Assembly (NCBI GenBank): GCA_964641245.1
Contig: CAZXML010000002.1
Span: 10,548-74,547, forward strand
Reading direction: 5' to 3'
Length of the DNA stretch: 64,000 nt
Source of the DNA: an uncultured Gammaproteobacteria bacterium
Lineage (GTDB): Bacteria; Patescibacteriota; Patescibacteriia; Magasanikbacterales; GWA2-37-8
Within the stretch, counting starts at the first letter, position 1. The number at the start of each line of letters is the position of its first letter. Below are positions 11,011-19,380 of this stretch, piece after piece. The position numbers were made by a program, and so were the translations under genes. Below the pieces are notes generated by a model. It had not been told where the DNA came from. It did no database searches and saw only the letters and a program-made list of their open reading frames with translations.

Positions 11011-11259
11011 CTACTTCTTCTTATAACCCCAGCCAAACAACACCAATCCGGCATTCTTCAAAGCCCGCATACGGGCGGGCAAATACGCGGGTAATGTTTC
11101 TACCAGTTCCACCAAAACCCAGCCGTTTCTGCCCATTTCTTCAAACTCTTGCTCATGTTCTGGCAGATCAGTGCTGTCAAAAAAGAATTCTTCACCATCT
11201 TTGGCCATTTTATAAATCCCCGGCCTGCCGGCATTAACGAGCAACTGGTTTTTTAACAT
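11011..11259 (-). CDS. hypothetical small acidic protein
   Basis: 82-aa ORF with ATG, no recognisable motif. Confidence 0.3.
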   Translation of the reverse strand: MLKNQLLVNAGRPGIYKMAKDGEEFFFDSTDLPEHEQEFEEMGRNGWVLVELVETLPAYLPARMRALKNAGLVLFGWGYKKK

Positions 11260-11272
11260 GGAGTTATACTAC

Positions 11273-12682
11273 TCAACTTTGCCTGTTTTGGTCAATAAAC
11301 CCAAGCCCAATAATAACCCACAAAAAAATTATTCCTGTGGACATACTGGCCAGCCAATGATCAAAAAGTCCGGCTACCAATAAAGCGGTTATTATGGGAA
11401 GAAATAAGAGATTGGTTTTATAGATTTTTATAAATAGATAAATGATAAATAATAAAAATAAAAATGCCGACAGAATACCAAACTCTACTATCGCTAACAA
11501 ATAAATATTATGAATCGGCTGATACTGCCAAGATGCCAACGTGGGATATTTTTTAAATGATGCGTAAGTATACGCGCCGGGGCCGATGCCAAAAATTGGA
11601 TTGGTTTGAATAAAAGACAGCGCCTCGGCGTACTGATCCTTTCTTTCGGAAATAGATTTTGCTTCCAGGCGGTTGTTTAGATTAAACCTGGCTGTAAATA
11701 CGGGATAAAAAATTATTAGCCAGAAAATAATTACCGCCAGAGCAAATAGGATTTGTTTGGTAAATTCTTTCAAGGCTGTCGTGGCATCGCGGCCTCCCTC
11801 CCCTTTTAGGGGAGGGGCGAGGGGTGGGGTATCCGTTCGGTTATCATTGTACGCCGAATACCCCTCTCTCTGTCTCTCCCCTAAAAGGGGAGAGAGCGAT
11901 TGATGATGGTGATGTTTAAAAAATATAATAGCAAACAGAGACGCCACGCCAACTGTCGCCGCCACCCACGCCCCGCGAGAAAAAGAAAGAAGCAATCCTG
12001 ATAAAATAAATAGCTGGCCCGCGCTGATTATTATTTTGCTCCGTCCCGATTCGGCTTTAAGATATAAAACCAAACCCAGCACAAATAAAACCGCCAAATA
12101 AATTCCCAACGAATTTGGCGAGCCAAAACTGCCATACGCCCGCAACCATCTTTGGTCGGCAAACTCTATTACGCTCGGACCCAAATTGTAAGCCTCCTGC
12201 CCGGCCATACCCAACCATTTGCTGGCCCAAACATTCTGATTTAAAAACTGCCAAATAGCCAGCACACCCTGCAAAATTCCACCCGCCCAAAGAGCAATTT
12301 GATATTTTGTCTTTTCATCCTGCCAAGCCAGAACGACCATTAAGGCCATTGCCTCCAGTAATTTAAAAATATAATTATACGAAACCCAAAAATTTTTACT
12401 TAACATCGTGGAAAAAAATACCGACATTAAAAACAGCATTAAAATTAAAATTGTTTGGTTCCTTTTTTCTTTTAGTCTTGTCCAAAAAGATTTATTAACA
12501 AAATGGTGGAAAAAAAACAAAAGTATAATCATCCACAGCAAAATTTCCGTACCATAAAGACTGGAGGTTCCGTACTCCCAAAATCCTTTATTTAATTCGC
12601 CGTATTGCCAAATATATCTGGTTTGCCATGGCAACAGAAACAGGAATAGCAACAATAACAAATTATATATTTTTTTCATCAT
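11273..12682 (-). CDS. O-antigen ligase (Wzy_C/WaaL)-like polytopic membrane protein with in-frame GC-rich element
   Basis: 469 aa, >10 TM helices, YGSFGSPNSLGIYL motif typical of O-antigen ligase family; residues ~255-300 (HHHHQSLSPLLGERQREG...PPLKGEGGRD) encoded by GC-rich palindrome 11786-11897. Confidence 0.6.
   Translation of the reverse strand: MMKKIYNLLLLLFLFLLPWQTRYIWQYGELNKGFWEYGTSSLYGTEILLWMIILLFFFHHFVNKSFWTRLKEKRNQTILILMLFLMSVFFSTMLSKNFWVSYNYIFKLLEAMALMVVLAWQDEKTKYQIALWAGGILQGVLAIWQFLNQNVWASKWLGMAGQEAYNLGPSVIEFADQRWLRAYGSFGSPNSLGIYLAVLFVLGLVLYLKAESGRSKIIISAGQLFILSGLLLSFSRGAWVAATVGVASLFAIIFFKHHHHQSLSPLLGERQREGYSAYNDNRTDTPPLAPPLKGEGGRDATTALKEFTKQILFALAVIIFWLIIFYPVFTARFNLNNRLEAKSISERKDQYAEALSFIQTNPIFGIGPGAYTYASFKKYPTLASWQYQPIHNIYLLAIVEFGILSAFLFLLFIIYLFIKIYKTNLLFLPIITALLVAGLFDHWLASMSTGIIFLWVIIGLGFIDQNRQS
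11786..11897. repeat. family E GC-rich palindromic element (in-frame in membrane protein gene)
   Basis: see 4519-4636. Confidence 0.8.
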
Positions 12683-12689
12683 ACTCTTG

Positions 12690-12757
12690 TGTCATCCTGA
12701 ACTTGTTTCAGGATCTATTTTATTTTCTTGAGATGCTGAAACAAGTTCAGCATGACA
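12690..12757. repeat. family A element
   Basis: see 8659-8726. Confidence 0.85.
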
Positions 12758-13738
12758 GACCGCATCGCAAAGTTTTTTCCACTTCTCCAGATAGTCAATT
12801 CTGGCATCTTTTTCATGAAATTTTAAAACACCATCGGATATTACCACGCCCTTGTCTTCACCCTGATGAATCATATTACCGGAAGATTTTGCCGATTTTG
12901 CTTCGGCAAAATCGAGCATCCTCGATCTCGATGCGGATCGAGATCGGGACATTTTGGCCAATTGTATTTTTTTCGCCTGTGAGTTGATTAAGTCGCCATA
13001 ACTCCCCTCCCACATTTTTTCCCAAATTTTTTTCCACAATTTGCCAAACCGCGATTCGGGAATTTTTAATAAGTATGATGATGTTTGTTTTGGTTCCGCG
13101 TTAGGCAAATATGTTTTAGTCCACAGATTGACGTGTAAAAATTTAAGATAATAATCCTCCGGATCAAAAATCGGCAGCATCTGATTTAGCCAATAGGCAA
13201 AATGCACATCATCATCCGCTACCCGGAAATTTGCCAGATCCAGATTATAAACAGTCACATAAAAACTTAAACAAACTTTGTTTTTAATATGTTTCCCGGA
13301 GCGCCTTAACCGGAATAATTCCAATAAAAAAGTAACCAGCAAACGGGTAATCCAAATTCTGTTTTTTTCCGTGACAATAAAAAAATCAATATCGCTGTCT
13401 TCGTTGGCCTGTTCCGCGCCGGTGGAGTTGCATACAAAAACAGCCCGCAAAAACGGGACTGACTTAATAATTTTGGCCGCCCGGCGGGCGATCTTTAATT
13501 TTTGTTCCGAGATTAAAAGTTTACGCCGGCGTTCCTCCACAATTGCCTCGCGTCCGGGCAAAAAATAATAACCGTATTTAGAATTTAAATTTAAAGCCGG
13601 AAGAGTGTTTAAAAATTCCGAATAACCGATTGCAGGGGGTAACCAGAGCCATGAAAATAATTCCTCTTTGATTAAAGGATAATCCGCCAAATCAAAATAC
13701 GCCAGGGTTTTGATTATTGAATCGCGAAGTAATTGCAT
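12692..13738 (-). CDS. hypothetical protein with nucleotidyltransferase-fold-like motif
   Basis: 348 aa; CNSTGAEQANEDSDIDFFIV resembles hG[GS]...DhD NTase motif; contains in-frame family G repeat (12908-12953) and C-terminus reads into family A repeat. Confidence 0.35.
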   Translation of the reverse strand: MQLLRDSIIKTLAYFDLADYPLIKEELFSWLWLPPAIGYSEFLNTLPALNLNSKYGYYFLPGREAIVEERRRKLLISEQKLKIARRAAKIIKSVPFLRAVFVCNSTGAEQANEDSDIDFFIVTEKNRIWITRLLVTFLLELFRLRRSGKHIKNKVCLSFYVTVYNLDLANFRVADDDVHFAYWLNQMLPIFDPEDYYLKFLHVNLWTKTYLPNAEPKQTSSYLLKIPESRFGKLWKKIWEKMWEGSYGDLINSQAKKIQLAKMSRSRSASRSRMLDFAEAKSAKSSGNMIHQGEDKGVVISDGVLKFHEKDARIDYLEKWKKLCDAVCHAELVSASQENKIDPETSSG

Positions 13739-13742
13739 AGCT

Positions 13743-13997
13743 TTATTCTGAAGCCGCCTCGCCTATCGCCTCCATTTTAAGCGCGCTGTCATACACGACC
13801 AGACGGTCGCTTTTAATTTCCTTAACCTGCGCGTTCGCAATTAAAAAAGTTTTTGCGCTAAAAATATTTGGCCTGACCAAATAACGCATTACGGTTTGTG
13901 AAGATACATCCAGTTCCAAATCAAAAACACGCCCCAGTTTTATTTCCGATTCTGTATAAACCGGCAGGCGTAATAGCTGTTGCAGATTGATGAGCAT
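13743..13997 (-). CDS. small hypothetical protein (possibly PRC-barrel-like)
   Basis: 84-aa ORF, weak resemblance to PRC barrel. Confidence 0.25.
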   Translation of the reverse strand: MLINLQQLLRLPVYTESEIKLGRVFDLELDVSSQTVMRYLVRPNIFSAKTFLIANAQVKEIKSDRLVVYDSALKMEAIGEAASE

Positions 13998-14029
13998 ACT
14001 TCCCTACTTAATGACTTCGCCTTCAATAT

Positions 14030-14100
14030 TCGAAATGAGTGAGAGGATTAAATTAAATGTTTTTAATTTAATTCCGAGCGAACGAGAATATATGGTTTAC
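14030..14100. repeat. family D element (cgaaatgagtgag ... ttccgagcgaacgag)
   Basis: copies 28135-28204, nested 26961-27040, partial 35760-35790. Confidence 0.65.
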
Positions 14101-14835
14101 CTATACTATATTACCATTAATCTTGGGTTTTTTGAACTGCCACATCTGTTGCAGAACCATAAGCAGAGTACTGAAGAACCAATATAAGGTAAGGCCTGCC
14201 GGAAGACTAAAACCAATCACAACTGTCATTACCGGCATAAAATAAAGCATTTGTTTGTTCATCATGGACATCATGGCTTCATCTTTGCCTCCCGCGCCCG
14301 CTTCCTTGGGCGGATTTTTCCGGCTTAGAGTTTTGGCTTGAAAATATTGAGCGGCGCCGGCTAAAACGGCCAGCACATAATTTGGTTTGGCCATATTAAA
14401 GACGGACAAAGAAATTTGGTTGATGGCGCCCGGATTACTGACGAATGTATATAGAGAAGTCGCCAGATCCTTTGAAGCCAGGCCATCCTGCAAAACCATA
14501 TACAACGCGATTAAAATAGGCAATTGGACAAGCATCGGCAAACAGGAGGTAATCGGGTTTACTTTATTTGTTTTGTATAATTCCATTATAGCCTGGGTCT
14601 GTTTTTGTTTGTCCGCCGCAAATTCTTTTTTTATAGCTTCCATTTTTGGCTGTAACTCTTGCATGGAGCGCTGTGCTTTTATGGATGAGCCGGTGAGCGG
14701 ATATAACACCAGGCGCACCAAAATGGTAATAGCCAAAATTACCAGCCCCACATCATGGCCCGGAATAAAATTATACAAGAAGACAAAAATGTTAAATATC
14801 GGCAGATACAAAATAGTATGGAAGAGAGCAAACAT
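14101..14835 (-). CDS. yidC: membrane protein insertase YidC (short form)
   Basis: 244 aa; 5 TM, PMLVQLPILIALY and YxxxKVNPxxSCLP motifs. Confidence 0.85.
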   Translation of the reverse strand: MFALFHTILYLPIFNIFVFLYNFIPGHDVGLVILAITILVRLVLYPLTGSSIKAQRSMQELQPKMEAIKKEFAADKQKQTQAIMELYKTNKVNPITSCLPMLVQLPILIALYMVLQDGLASKDLATSLYTFVSNPGAINQISLSVFNMAKPNYVLAVLAGAAQYFQAKTLSRKNPPKEAGAGGKDEAMMSMMNKQMLYFMPVMTVVIGFSLPAGLTLYWFFSTLLMVLQQMWQFKKPKINGNIV

Positions 14836-14862
14836 AAACGTGAAATTTTTAATTTTTAACCT

Positions 14863-14941
14863 GTCATGCTGAATTTATTTCAGCATCTCTGTTGGTGTGT
14901 ATTTAATTGAACGAAGATCCTGAAACAAGTTCAGGATGACA
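14863..14941. repeat. family A element (half-sites in swapped order)
   Basis: see 8659-8726. Confidence 0.8.
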
Positions 14942-14946
14942 GATGA

Positions 14947-16161
14947 TTACTCCTCTTTTTTTTCCTCTTCTTCAACTATCGTTTCAGTTTCAGGTTTTAC
15001 CTCGTCGCTAGATAAAACTTGTTTTCCACCTTGTTCTACCACGTTTATTTTCCAGCCGGTAAGCTGGGCTGCCAAACGCACGTTCTGTCCGTTGCGGCCG
15101 ATGGCTAAAGAAAATTGATCCGGACCAACGCTGACTTCGGCCACTTTGTTTGCTTCATCTAATTTGACACCCAAAACTTTGGCTGGTGATAAAGCGTGAG
15201 AAATATATTCTCTGGCGTCTTCACTAAACTGAATAATATCAATTTTTTCTCCGCCTAATTCTTCTATGATAGTATTTATACGGCTGCCTTTTTGGCCAAT
15301 GCAGGAACCAATCGGATCTATGGCTTCATCGGCGGTAAATACCGCCACTTTGGAACGGAAACCAGGTTCGCGGGCAATGCCTTTTATTTCAATTAAGCCG
15401 TCGTTAATTTCCGGAATTTCCTGCTTGAAAACTTCACGGACCATACCTACATCACTGCGTGATAAAAGTATTTCCGGACCGCGCGGAGACATTTGCACAG
15501 CTAGCAATAAAAACTTCATGCGGGCGCCGGGGCGATAATGGTCGCGGCTGTTTTGCTGATCGGCCAATAATATGCCGGTGACTTTTCCAAAGTCCACCAA
15601 CACTTTGCGGGCTTCCGCGCGCTGAATAGTGCCCATCATTAATTGTCCTTCTTGTCCTTTGAAGTCGTTGAAAACAATACCTCGTTCGGCTTCGCGGATT
15701 TTTTGAATAATAACCTGCTTGGCGGTTTGCGCGGCCATGCGGCCAAATTCGCTGGGGATGTCCAAAGGAATTTCCATTACCTCGCCCGCTTTAACTTTCT
15801 TATCAATCTCTTTGGCGGAACTGATCATCAATTCCAATTTTGGATTAAAATGAGGCAAATCAGCCGTTTCTTCTTCGGTTAATTCACGTCCTTCTTCCTT
15901 GGCTTTTTCACGTCTCTTGGTCATCTCTTCCTGGGCCGCTTCCAGATCTTCCTCGGCAATATCTTTCACCACGGTTTTAATATCCCAGGCTTTCATATCG
16001 CCGGTTTCCGGAGAAAACTTTACCTTAATATTTTGCTGTTTGTTGCCAAAATCCTTGCGGTAAGCGGCAGCCAAAGCAAATTCAATCGCTTCCATTACGG
16101 ATTCGTAGGGAAGATTTTTTTCGTCGCACAGAAATTGTATTGCTTTTGTAATTTCGGACAT
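14947..16161 (-). CDS. nusA: transcription termination/antitermination factor NusA
   Basis: N-terminal NusA domain, S1 and two KH regions (GxxG: IGQKGSRI, IGRNGQNV), acidic C-terminus. Confidence 0.92.
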   Translation of the reverse strand: MSEITKAIQFLCDEKNLPYESVMEAIEFALAAAYRKDFGNKQQNIKVKFSPETGDMKAWDIKTVVKDIAEEDLEAAQEEMTKRREKAKEEGRELTEEETADLPHFNPKLELMISSAKEIDKKVKAGEVMEIPLDIPSEFGRMAAQTAKQVIIQKIREAERGIVFNDFKGQEGQLMMGTIQRAEARKVLVDFGKVTGILLADQQNSRDHYRPGARMKFLLLAVQMSPRGPEILLSRSDVGMVREVFKQEIPEINDGLIEIKGIAREPGFRSKVAVFTADEAIDPIGSCIGQKGSRINTIIEELGGEKIDIIQFSEDAREYISHALSPAKVLGVKLDEANKVAEVSVGPDQFSLAIGRNGQNVRLAAQLTGWKINVVEQGGKQVLSSDEVKPETETIVEEEEKKEE

Positions 16162-16309
16162 ATGTTTTTTGTCATCCTGAACGTAGTGAAGGATATCTGT
16201 CTTAATCGCCGAACGGACAGAGATTCTTCGCTTTGCTCAGAATGACAGTTAAAAAAATTAGTTAAAAAAAAGCAGCTTCATTATTGAAGCGCTTTACATC
16301 AATAGAATA

Positions 16310-17179
16310 TCATAAACCCCCATAATTGTCAACAGGCAGTATTATATCACCTTTCTCTTCGGTTATCAAAATCTCCGCCCCAACTCTTTCCAGTTTCTTT
16401 AATACGCGTAACGATGGATGGCCGTATTTATTTTTGCCGACCGATATAATCGCTGTTTTGGGATTAACAAAATTTAAAAAATCTTCGCCCGAGGAAGTAT
16501 CGCTACCATGATGGCCGACTTTAAAAATGTTTGATTGCAATGCCGGACAGCCGGTAGAAGTGGTTGAACAATATTTTTGTACAAGCGCTTTTTCCAACGG
16601 CTCTTCAATATCAGCGGTGAACAAAAAACTTGTTCGATCGTTTATTAGTTTAAAAACTATAGAATAATTATTACTATCATCCGCTCCAACATCTAAAGCC
16701 AAGGTGTCGTCGGGAGATAAAAATTCCAAGGTGGAACTAGCAATTATCCAAACTTGCGGACTATCCACAATCTTTACAATCGCGCCTTCATCTTTTACCG
16801 CTTCGTCCCAAACGCGCCAGTAGGGATCATTTTGTTTTTTGCGGCCATTGATAATAATTTCTTTAACGTTGTAGTTTTTTAATACGTCCACACAGCCGCC
16901 ATAATGATCTAAGTCCGGATGCGTGGCCAACAAATAATCTATGGTACGGTCATAAAAGGGCAGGGTCCGCCCTAGCTTGGACAGAATTTTTTTATCCACG
17001 CCGCAATCCACCAGCATTTTTTTGCCGTCATTAAATTGGATTAGAGCCGCGTCGCCTTGGCCGACGTTAAAAAACGTTACCTGAAAATGATTTTGGGAAT
17101 TATTTAATTTGGTGTATAAAAAAAGACCGCCGATTACGGCTATTAAAACTAAAATTATAATAATGTGCTTTTTACGCAT
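16310..17179 (-). CDS. MBL-fold metallo-hydrolase, ComEC C-terminal-domain-like, with N-terminal TM anchor
   Basis: GQGDAALI...DCGVD, ATHPDLDHYGG, KVGHHGS motifs (ComEC/Rec2 lactamase-B domain). Confidence 0.75.
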   Translation of the reverse strand: MRKKHIIIILVLIAVIGGLFLYTKLNNSQNHFQVTFFNVGQGDAALIQFNDGKKMLVDCGVDKKILSKLGRTLPFYDRTIDYLLATHPDLDHYGGCVDVLKNYNVKEIIINGRKKQNDPYWRVWDEAVKDEGAIVKIVDSPQVWIIASSTLEFLSPDDTLALDVGADDSNNYSIVFKLINDRTSFLFTADIEEPLEKALVQKYCSTTSTGCPALQSNIFKVGHHGSDTSSGEDFLNFVNPKTAIISVGKNKYGHPSLRVLKKLERVGAEILITEEKGDIILPVDNYGGL

Positions 17180-17183
17180 AAAA

Positions 17184-17786
17184 CTATTTTCTCGCCACCA
17201 AAATCTGATTCACCCATACATCCCCTTCTTTTATAAAAACCTCCTCTACCGTAAACGCCAACGACTCCAAAATCTCTTTAATTTTTTCCGGCCGGTGATA
17301 AAAAGATTCTATGATTATTTTTCCCGTTTTTGTTTTTACTTGCGGCGGATCTTTTTGATTTATATTGGTTACCGCTAAAATGCCTCCGTCTTTTAACACT
17401 CTATACGCTTCATCAAAAAATCTGGTTGGGTCTTTAAGATGCACAATCAAAAACGCGGCCGTCACAATATCAAATGTTTCCTTTTCAAACGGCAGACTTT
17501 CGGCATCTCCCACTACGGTAATAATTTTTGAATTCTTCTTTTTTAATAGCTCCAACATTTTGGGCGAAACATCCAAAGCGATAACATGCGCGCCTCTATT
17601 TGCCAAAGGCAAAGACAGACGGCCGGTGCCGGCCCCAACATCCAAAACTTTTTTATCAGCCAGAGCGCCAAGCAAAGGAATAAGCTCGCCTTGTTCAAAA
17701 CTGTTTAAATAATTTTCATTTTCATCATACACATCAACGGCTAAATTATAGCCGGCTTCAGATGAAAAAACTTTAATCTTTTTCAT
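17184..17786 (-). CDS. class I SAM-dependent methyltransferase
   Basis: VLDVGAGTGRLSLPLA motif I, LKDGG. Confidence 0.8.
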   Translation of the reverse strand: MKKIKVFSSEAGYNLAVDVYDENENYLNSFEQGELIPLLGALADKKVLDVGAGTGRLSLPLANRGAHVIALDVSPKMLELLKKKNSKIITVVGDAESLPFEKETFDIVTAAFLIVHLKDPTRFFDEAYRVLKDGGILAVTNINQKDPPQVKTKTGKIIIESFYHRPEKIKEILESLAFTVEEVFIKEGDVWVNQILVARK

Positions 17787-17798
17787 ACTTTTAATATT

Positions 17799-17877
17799 GT
17801 CATCCTGAATTTATTTCAGGATCTGCTTGTTATTTGTTATAGATGCTGAAACAAGTTCAGCATGACAGTGTTCCTTA
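17799..17877. repeat. family A element
   Basis: see 8659-8726. Confidence 0.85.
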
Positions 17878-19376
17878 TGCCTGCTCCTCGCAATGACAAA
17901 AACCAATAACAGATACATTCCCAACATCGCCCAAAATGGTATCTGCAGATTAACCGCGCTCCAATTTTTATTTCCAAACCAATCCACGATAATTATAACA
18001 TAGTTTAAACCCAAACCCGCCACCCAGGCAATTGCCTGCCCCAAAGGAAAAAATATAAAACTAAAAATTAAGGATATAAAACCAAACAGCATTAGCCACG
18101 GCACCAGCCATAAAATTAAAATATTAACCAACGGAGCCACAACGGAAAACCTTTCAAATTGATATATTACAAGCGGCATGGTGGCAATGATGGCCGAAAT
18201 TGTGGTGATAAAAACCTGAATCGTGGCCACTAAAATTGGACTTTCCGGTTTTAATTTTTTATCAACAAGGCTCTGAATAACCGGCGAAAGATAAACCAAT
18301 CCCAATGTGGACAAAAATGAAAGCTGGAATCCGGCATCCCAAACCAGTAAATAAGGATTAAGCAAAAGCATAATTACCGCCGCATATATCAACACCCTGC
18401 CTATTGCGGATAACCTACCTGTGTGCTGGGAAATCAGAATAATTACAGCCATTACCCCCGCCCGCACCACCGAGGCCGTGGCGCCGGTAAAAAATACAAA
18501 GGACAAAATTAAAAATATTAAAAACCAAAAGGACTGGCGGCGAAAAAATCCCAGATAAATTAAAATAATATTTAACGCCACCGCCAAAATACTGACATTG
18601 TACCCGGACACCGCCATAATATGGCTGATTCCGGTACGGCTAAAATTATCCACCAACTCCTGCGGCAAACCGCTGCGGCTGCCATAGAGCAAGCCGGCCA
18701 TTAAACTGCTGTACGGTTCCGGCCACAAACGGGCCATCCGCGATTTTATATTATTTTTTAATTGCAACATGATTTTTATAAAAATATTACCATCATTTTC
18801 CCCCAATGAATTTATGGTTGGATTGCCGCAGACCGACCATACTCCCTGTTTGGCCAAGTATTTTTTATAATTAAAATTGGAATCGGCGAAATTTTCCGGC
18901 TCCAGCAAAGAACAGGTTATTGCCAATTTTTCTCCGTAAGCATATTCCGGATAAATTCTGGTTTTTATAATTACTTTACCGGCAATTTGTTTGCCTTCTT
19001 CTAAACCGGTCACACTCACAATATACCGCGCGTCACTTACGCCAATATCCGGCTCCGCTGAAACCCAGCCTTGCAAAGTTACTTTTTGTCCGTTATAAAA
19101 TTCTATTCTTGATGAATTGTGATTGGGAATACTAATAAAAAATCTCAATCCGCCGAAAATAAAAAATAACAAACATAACAAAAAAAATTTATATAACTTA
19201 TTGTCCCAAAAAATGATTATTAAAAATAAAAAGATAAATGACAGGAGATAAACAGATAACGCCAATTTGCCGTTCGCGACAAAAGAAAACGCGCTAACGC
19301 CGGCAATAAAACAAAAACAAAACGCGATAAACGTTTTGCTTTTTGAATTTATTATTTTGGCTAGCGCCTCCGGCAT
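17811..19376 (-). CDS. ComEC/Rec2 family competence membrane protein (DUF4131 + competence domain, no lactamase domain)
   Basis: GLLYGSRSGLPQELVDNFSRTGISHIMAVSGYNVSIL signature; ATG 19376 preferred to TTG 19391; C-terminus reads into repeats at 17799-17900. Confidence 0.8.
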   Translation of the reverse strand: MPEALAKIINSKSKTFIAFCFCFIAGVSAFSFVANGKLALSVYLLSFIFLFLIIIFWDNKLYKFFLLCLLFFIFGGLRFFISIPNHNSSRIEFYNGQKVTLQGWVSAEPDIGVSDARYIVSVTGLEEGKQIAGKVIIKTRIYPEYAYGEKLAITCSLLEPENFADSNFNYKKYLAKQGVWSVCGNPTINSLGENDGNIFIKIMLQLKNNIKSRMARLWPEPYSSLMAGLLYGSRSGLPQELVDNFSRTGISHIMAVSGYNVSILAVALNIILIYLGFFRRQSFWFLIFLILSFVFFTGATASVVRAGVMAVIILISQHTGRLSAIGRVLIYAAVIMLLLNPYLLVWDAGFQLSFLSTLGLVYLSPVIQSLVDKKLKPESPILVATIQVFITTISAIIATMPLVIYQFERFSVVAPLVNILILWLVPWLMLFGFISLIFSFIFFPLGQAIAWVAGLGLNYVIIIVDWFGNKNWSAVNLQIPFWAMLGMYLLLVFVIARSRHKEHCHAELVSASITNNKQILK

Positions 19377-19380
19377 AATT

